Notes under the pieces: generated by a model | The model's database searches: none | What the model saw: the letters and a program-made list of their open reading frames with translations, nothing else | Told to the model about the DNA's origin: nothing | Made by a program: the position numbers and the translations under genes | Virus record (IMG/VR): IMGVR_UViG_3300018416_000063 | Location: 1 to 31,691 of that record | Strand: one strand, 5' to 3' | Length of the DNA: 31,691 nt | DNA from: a virus | Lineage: Duplodnaviria > Caudoviricetes | Shown: positions 27,319 to 31,691 of the stretch, piece by piece | Position numbering within the stretch: the first letter of the stretch is position 1 | How the letters are laid out: every line of letters starts with the position of its first letter

Positions 27319-28661
27319 TACCATTGTCCTCTTGTTGATAGTCCAGCACCGTCGGCATAATTTTTAAGACTAAACTGTTTACTTTGTTCTGCTCTTGTTA
27401 CTACTGGTAATAGAATTAAACTAACTTCAATTTTAGTTGGAACGTATGTTGATCCTGCTCTAGCCAAATTAGTTCCTTCGTTGGCCGCTTGAAATTGCTG
27501 TTCAGCACCAACGTCAGCACCAATGCCAAATAATCTACCAATACGACTAGCAATACCAAATATACCAAAGTTACCCGATCCACCACTTAAATTTGCTCTA
27601 GTTGACTGAGCTTTGATACTTCCTACTCCGCCTTCTGATGTTCTAATGTAGTCAACATTATCTGGTAAAGAATAGTTAAATTGGCTTACTACCGCTTTGT
27701 GAAAGTTAAACTGATTAGGCCCAAGACCTGTTACACTGACTAATGGTGGCGGCGTTCCTTTGTTAGCATCTTGTCCGTAAAACATTTTAGTTGCTGAACG
27801 GAAGAAGTGTATCATAGCCATCATATAGTCTGCTTCGTCTGTTGATTGTGCTGTAAATGTAGCATTAATCTGTACATCACTTACTTCTGAACTTTGATAG
27901 AAGTATGTTGGATAGTTTGAATGTGTTGGTGATATTTTGTCATAGTTAGCACGATAGTTAACCATTACGTTTGGTGTATATGGAAATACAACACCATCTG
28001 TTTTTAATAATGGCGATAATATACTGTAAGCATTTCCGTCTCTGTATAATACATCACTGCCTGGCATAAGACCAATTCTTAAACGCCAATCTTCTGTTCC
28101 AGCCTTGGCTGATACTGTAACTGGACCAGTTTCAATTTTTTGTACATCTTGAGGAACATATCCACCACCGCCAGGTGTTTCTGGGCCTGTGCCTGTTGGG
28201 TTACTAAAATTTGGTCCAATTTGATCGCCTTCTGTGATAGCGGCATCACCACCAATTGTTCCTGTGCCTCTGGTTTCGCCTGATCCAAATTGAGGACCTA
28301 TCTGTTCTCCAGGACCAGTAATGGCACGTTCACCTGGTACTTGACTGCCTGTACCAACACCTGTAAAATCTGGTTGAGGAGTAGCACCGGTATAGGTAAT
28401 AGCCGAATCGTTAGTTTCGATAGGAGCAAAGTTAGGTGCGTTCTGAGGGGCAGGACTATTATAATTTACATTATTACTGCCCTGTCCTAGACCTCTGTCT
28501 ACCTGAAAGTTAGGTGCTAGTTGTGACTCATTACGCAACATTGAGTATTCTTCAGCAGTAAAACTTGTACCCGCAGGTTGGTTAGTAGGTAAGTCTTGTT
28601 CTACACCTACTTGTATTGCTGGAGTAACTAACTTTCTATTATTAATTGGATCTTGTGCCAT
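27318..28661 (-). CDS. Baseplate tail-tube initiator/cap (gp48/gp54-like) with ~190-aa low-complexity N-terminal arm
   Basis: 447 aa with GAGG SD. Core GVVFPYTP..Y-x-ANY..THSNY..YQSS..I-x-A-x-FTAQ..EA..HFFRS-x-TKMFYG..GTPPP, then VPTKIEVSL. First gene of the baseplate operon. Confidence 0.7.
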   Translation of the reverse strand: MAQDPINNRKLVTPAIQVGVEQDLPTNQPAGTSFTAEEYSMLRNESQLAPNFQVDRGLGQGSNNVNYNSPAPQNAPNFAPIETNDSAITYTGATPQPDFTGVGTGSQVPGERAITGPGEQIGPQFGSGETRGTGTIGGDAAITEGDQIGPNFSNPTGTGPETPGGGGYVPQDVQKIETGPVTVSAKAGTEDWRLRIGLMPGSDVLYRDGNAYSILSPLLKTDGVVFPYTPNVMVNYRANYDKISPTHSNYPTYFYQSSEVSDVQINATFTAQSTDEADYMMAMIHFFRSATKMFYGQDANKGTPPPLVSVTGLGPNQFNFHKAVVSQFNYSLPDNVDYIRTSEGGVGSIKAQSTRANLSGGSGNFGIFGIASRIGRLFGIGADVGAEQQFQAANEGTNLARAGSTYVPTKIEVSLILLPVVTRAEQSKQFSLKNYADGAGLSTRGQW

Positions 28662-28683
28662 TCTTATTCCTCTTTATACATAC

Positions 28684-28691
28684 TATTTATT
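28684..28691 (-). promoter_or_regulatory. Late promoter motif AATAAATA heading the baseplate operon
   Basis: ATAAATA core 22 nt upstream of the 447-aa ORF start. Confidence 0.65.
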
Positions 28692-28732
28692 TAAATAATA
28701 ATAACCCAATATAATAGCTAAACCAAAAAAGG

Positions 28733-28760
28733 TTGACAGGGGTTGTTTTACATGTATAAT
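28733..28760 (+). promoter_or_regulatory. Sigma70-type early/middle promoter for the late sigma gene
   Basis: Perfect TTGACA (28733-28738), 16-nt spacer, perfect TATAAT (28755-28760), with an upstream A-tract. Confidence 0.85.
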
Positions 28761-28789
28761 TAATAGTAACTTATATGGAGATAGCAACT

Positions 28790-29689
28790 GTGGCAGAACA
28801 AAAAATTATGAGAGGTGGACGTAGAGTCAACTATCTTAACAACAGAGACATTCTCGCAGAAATACACAAAAGTAAAAAAACATACTGCAAATATCTAAAC
28901 AAAGAAACAGATTCAGATTTTGATATTATTGTAGATAGTGTTAGTAAGATTAATAAAACACGCATTAAAGAAGCTCGTGCTAATAAAATTGCTCGTGCTA
29001 AAAAGATTGACGGTGTTATTCTAGAACCTAAAGACGTAGCAGATACTGAATTAGTATTCCGTGTTATGACTTGGGATCATATCCCAATGGTGGATAAAAA
29101 GCCTACTAAAGCACAGTTAAAGAAACGTGCTAAGATTGAAGAAATGTTTGACGACATTGACGAAGCAAGAGATCAAGAGGACTATGGTATTGACGATCAA
29201 GTACATGCCAAAGTTAACTTTCCGCCATTTCAACACTACAAAGTTGACGAAGAGGGTAATCCATACTTAGTTGGTAAAAGTCATTGGAAAGGTGATTTGG
29301 AAACAGGTAAGTTTTCAAAAGACCACGGTGAAATGACTATGAAGTTAGCCAACATGTTTATTAAACTATGTGAGCGTTATGCTACACGTAGTAACTGGCG
29401 TGGTTATACCTACAACGAAGAAATGCGTGGACAGGCGCTACTTCAACTATCACAAATTGGTCTACAGTTTGATGAGTCAAAATCAGACAATCCATTTGCT
29501 TATTACACTGCGGCCATTACCAATTCATTTACTCGTGTGCTTAACATTGAAAAGAAAAATCAAAGCATTAGAGATGATATCTTAGAAATGAATGGACTTA
29601 ATCCAAGTTGGACAAGACAGAACGAAGGTGTTACTGACTCAGATCCACAAGGTCCAGGCAAAGTAACAACTATCAAGCCAAAAAAGTAG
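28790..29689 (+). CDS. gp55: Late-transcription RNA polymerase sigma factor, gp55-like
   Basis: NYLNNRDIL and NWRGYTY-x-EEM..A..FDESKSDNPFAYYT..NSF-x-R-x-L-x-x-EKK match T4 gp55 conserved blocks. Adjacent to gp47/gp46 as in T4-like phages. GTG start at 28790 preferred (GGAG 9 nt upstream); the track start is 28775. Confidence 0.88.
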   Translation: MAEQKIMRGGRRVNYLNNRDILAEIHKSKKTYCKYLNKETDSDFDIIVDSVSKINKTRIKEARANKIARAKKIDGVILEPKDVADTELVFRVMTWDHIPMVDKKPTKAQLKKRAKIEEMFDDIDEARDQEDYGIDDQVHAKVNFPPFQHYKVDEEGNPYLVGKSHWKGDLETGKFSKDHGEMTMKLANMFIKLCERYATRSNWRGYTYNEEMRGQALLQLSQIGLQFDESKSDNPFAYYTAAITNSFTRVLNIEKKNQSIRDDILEMNGLNPSWTRQNEGVTDSDPQGPGKVTTIKPKK

Positions 29690-29715
29690 ACAACAGCAGA
29701 CTAGTCCTGTAAACT
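29687..29715 (+). promoter_or_regulatory. Putative sigma70-type promoter for gp47-gp46
   Basis: TAGACA (29687-29692), 17-nt spacer, TAAACT (29710-29715). Confidence 0.5.
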
Positions 29716-29721
29716 AGTCTG
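29697..29721. repeat. Perfect 9-bp inverted repeat (hairpin or operator)
   Basis: CAGACTAGT-cctgtaa-ACTAGTCTG between gp55 and gp47. Confidence 0.8.
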
Positions 29722-29748
29722 TATTAGTTTTATTCATTCAAGGAAGGT

Positions 29749-30765
29749 ATGAGTAATTTATTTAAAAAGGCGGCTGTCCTTACAGATATACATTTTGGAT
29801 TAAAATCCAATTCAACTACACACAACGAAGACTGTTTAAATTTTGTAAAATGGTTTATTGAAAAAGCCAAGGCAGAAGGTTGCGAAACCTGTATCATGAT
29901 GGGTGATTGGCACAACAACCGTGCGGCAATCAACATTGTTACATTAAACTATAGTCTTACAGCATTAGAATTATTAGGCGATGCTTTTGATCGTGTGTTC
30001 TTCATTCCAGGTAATCACGACTTATACTACAGAGACAAACGCGACATACAGTCAGCGTCATGGGCTAAACATATCAAAAACGTACACATTATGAATGACT
30101 TTTATTCTGAAGGTGATGTACAGTTTATACCTTGGCTAGTAGGTGACGAAGCAAAGAAAGTTAAAAAGATGGAAGGACGTTATGCGTTTGGACATCTAGA
30201 GTTACCTCACTTCTTTATGAATGCTATGGTGCAGATGCCTGACACAGGCGAGATACAGCGTGAAGACTTTCGTGGCTTAGAACAGGTTTATACAGGACAC
30301 TTCCATAAACGTCAAAGCCATAACAACATTATCTATACTGGTAATTGCTTTCCTCACAACTATGCTGACGCAGGTGATGATGACAGAGGTATGACCATTA
30401 TTGAATGGGGTAAAGATCCTGTGTATCATTCTTGGCCTCAACAGCCTAGATATCGTGTTTACAACTTAGATGAAATGTTAAACAATCCTGATGAATTATT
30501 AAAAGAAAAAATGCACATTCGTGTAAACTTGAATATTGATATATCATATGAAGAAGCAAGTTTTATTCGTGAAACATTTGTAGGCAAGTATAATCTTAGA
30601 GAACTTACACTGATACCAGTTAAAAAAGATATTATGGAATCGGTGGCAGAACCTGGGGAGTTGAAGTTCGAATCAGTTGACACAATAGTGACAAATCAGT
30701 TAACATCAATAGAAAGTGATCATTACGATCCTAAACTATTACTAGAAATTTACAGAGATTTATAA
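29749..30765 (+). CDS. gp47: Recombination endonuclease subunit, gp47 (Mre11/SbcD-like metallophosphoesterase)
   Basis: 338 aa with motifs DIHFG, GDWH, GNHD, FGH and GHFH. AGGA SD. Confidence 0.93.
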   Translation: MSNLFKKAAVLTDIHFGLKSNSTTHNEDCLNFVKWFIEKAKAEGCETCIMMGDWHNNRAAINIVTLNYSLTALELLGDAFDRVFFIPGNHDLYYRDKRDIQSASWAKHIKNVHIMNDFYSEGDVQFIPWLVGDEAKKVKKMEGRYAFGHLELPHFFMNAMVQMPDTGEIQREDFRGLEQVYTGHFHKRQSHNNIIYTGNCFPHNYADAGDDDRGMTIIEWGKDPVYHSWPQQPRYRVYNLDEMLNNPDELLKEKMHIRVNLNIDISYEEASFIRETFVGKYNLRELTLIPVKKDIMESVAEPGELKFESVDTIVTNQLTSIESDHYDPKLLLEIYRDL

Positions 30766-31691
30766 TTGTTCAAACTAAAAACACTAACAGTTAAAAACTT
30801 TATGAGTGTGGGTAATGCCACACAAGCAGTTAACTTTGACCGCAGAGACTTAACACTGGTATTGGGTGTTAATATTGATCTCGGAGGCGATGATAGTGGC
30901 GCTAGGAACGGTACTGGTAAGACCACTATCATCAATGCCCTTTCATACGCATTGTTTGGTCAAGCACTGACTAATATTAAACGTGATAACTTGATCAATA
31001 AAACTAACTCAAAAGGCATGTTGGTTAGTTTAGACTTTGAACATGAAGGACAAACATATAAAATAGAACGTGGACGTAAGAAAAATGTCATGCGTTTTTT
31101 TGTAGGTGACGACGAGCAAGAAATCACAGACATGGCACAGGGCGATAGTCGAGAAACACAAAAGGCTATTGAACACATGCTAGGCATGAGTCATGAAATG
31201 TTCAAACACTTAGTAGCGTTAAACACTTATACAGAACCATTCCTTAACTTAAGAGCAAACGATCAAAAGGATATCATTGAGCAGTTACTTGGTATTACCA
31301 TGCTTTCAGAAAAGGCAACTAATCTTAAAGAACGCTTAAAAGAAACTAAGGATAAAATCAAAGAAGAAGAAATAAGAATTGATGCTCAAAAGGACGCTAA
31401 CGAACAAATGAAAGCACAGGTTGAGTCTATGAAGCGTAGACAAACTATGTGGGCTAACAAAAAACAAGAAGACATAGATAGTTTAACCAGTGCTATTGAA
31501 AACTTAGAAAAGATTGATATTGATTTAGAACTTGCTAGTCATAAAGAGTTGGCTAAGTTTAATCAAAGTAAAAAAGATCATGATGACATTACAGATGCTA
31601 TTGCAAGAACAGAACGTGATCTTAAACGTGAACAAGGTAATGTAGTTAAACTAGAACAAGACATACAATTATTAAAAGAACACAAGTGTCA
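30766..31691 (+). CDS. gp46: Recombination ATPase subunit, gp46 (Rad50/SbcC-like), 3'-truncated by window end
   Basis: Not in the ORF track. A TTG start gives MFKLKTLTVKNFMSVGN...LTLVLG...RNGTGKTTIINALSYALFG...LINK...YKIERG...IIEQLLGI, followed by coiled-coil-like sequence, open to the window edge. Confidence 0.92.
   Translation, partial: MFKLKTLTVKNFMSVGNATQAVNFDRRDLTLVLGVNIDLGGDDSGARNGTGKTTIINALSYALFGQALTNIKRDNLINKTNSKGMLVSLDFEHEGQTYKIERGRKKNVMRFFVGDDEQEITDMAQGDSRETQKAIEHMLGMSHEMFKHLVALNTYTEPFLNLRANDQKDIIEQLLGITMLSEKATNLKERLKETKDKIKEEEIRIDAQKDANEQMKAQVESMKRRQTMWANKKQEDIDSLTSAIENLEKIDIDLELASHKELAKFNQSKKDHDDITDAIARTERDLKREQGNVVKLEQDIQLLKEHKC

Noticed and set aside
27319-27324. Track start MVM for the gp53-like gene
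   Set aside because: The ATG at 27318, overlapping the upstream TAA (TAATG), is the more typical coupled start.
6348-28490. Remaining short alternative-frame or antisense ORFs in the track (e.g. 15345-15692, 18802-19185, 21949-22305, 24186-24485, 28079-28288)
   Set aside because: All lie wholly or almost wholly inside long conserved genes, with atypical composition and no independent signals.
24090-28520. Peptide repeats considered as a CRISPR array or DGR template/variable repeat pair
   Set aside because: Copies are irregularly spaced and in frame, and differ mainly at synonymous positions rather than specifically at adenines. No reverse transcriptase or cas gene is in the window.
29370-31187. 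Short ORFs overlapping gp55, gp47 and gp46
   Set aside because: Shadows of motif-supported plus-strand genes.
1-31691. Stop-codon reassignment, as seen in some large phages
   Set aside because: Genes are full length and tightly packed in the standard code. TAG ends three genes (18018, 27016, 29689) right before the next gene or signal.

Overview
Fragment of a large AT-rich myovirus genome (T4-related, jumbo-phage-like). Bases 72-28661 form a minus-strand late baseplate/tail module. In transcription order it encodes a gp48/54-like tube initiator, a gp53-like protein, a hub, a gp5-like spike, gp25, gp6, a 4950-aa giant wedge/adhesin-like protein, a small structural protein, a tail fibre with a chaperone domain and a virion protein. 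The module is punctuated by GATAAATA late-promoter motifs and ends in an intrinsic terminator. Divergently on the plus strand are a gp55-like late sigma factor, gp47 and the start of gp46, which the ORF track missed. The standard genetic code fits throughout. I saw no tRNA, CRISPR, intein or mobile element. Four signals stand out. (1) GCWGC appears absent from the whole window, enforced through Ala-Ala codon choice. (2) A ~314-aa metallopeptidase-like domain with an EHxxH motif is inserted into the giant baseplate protein. (3) A short (A/G)P(N/D)F motif family is shared by the low-complexity arms of two different baseplate proteins. (4) A compact divergent early/late promoter region lies next to an atypical late sigma factor. 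All family calls come from motif recognition by eye, not database searches.
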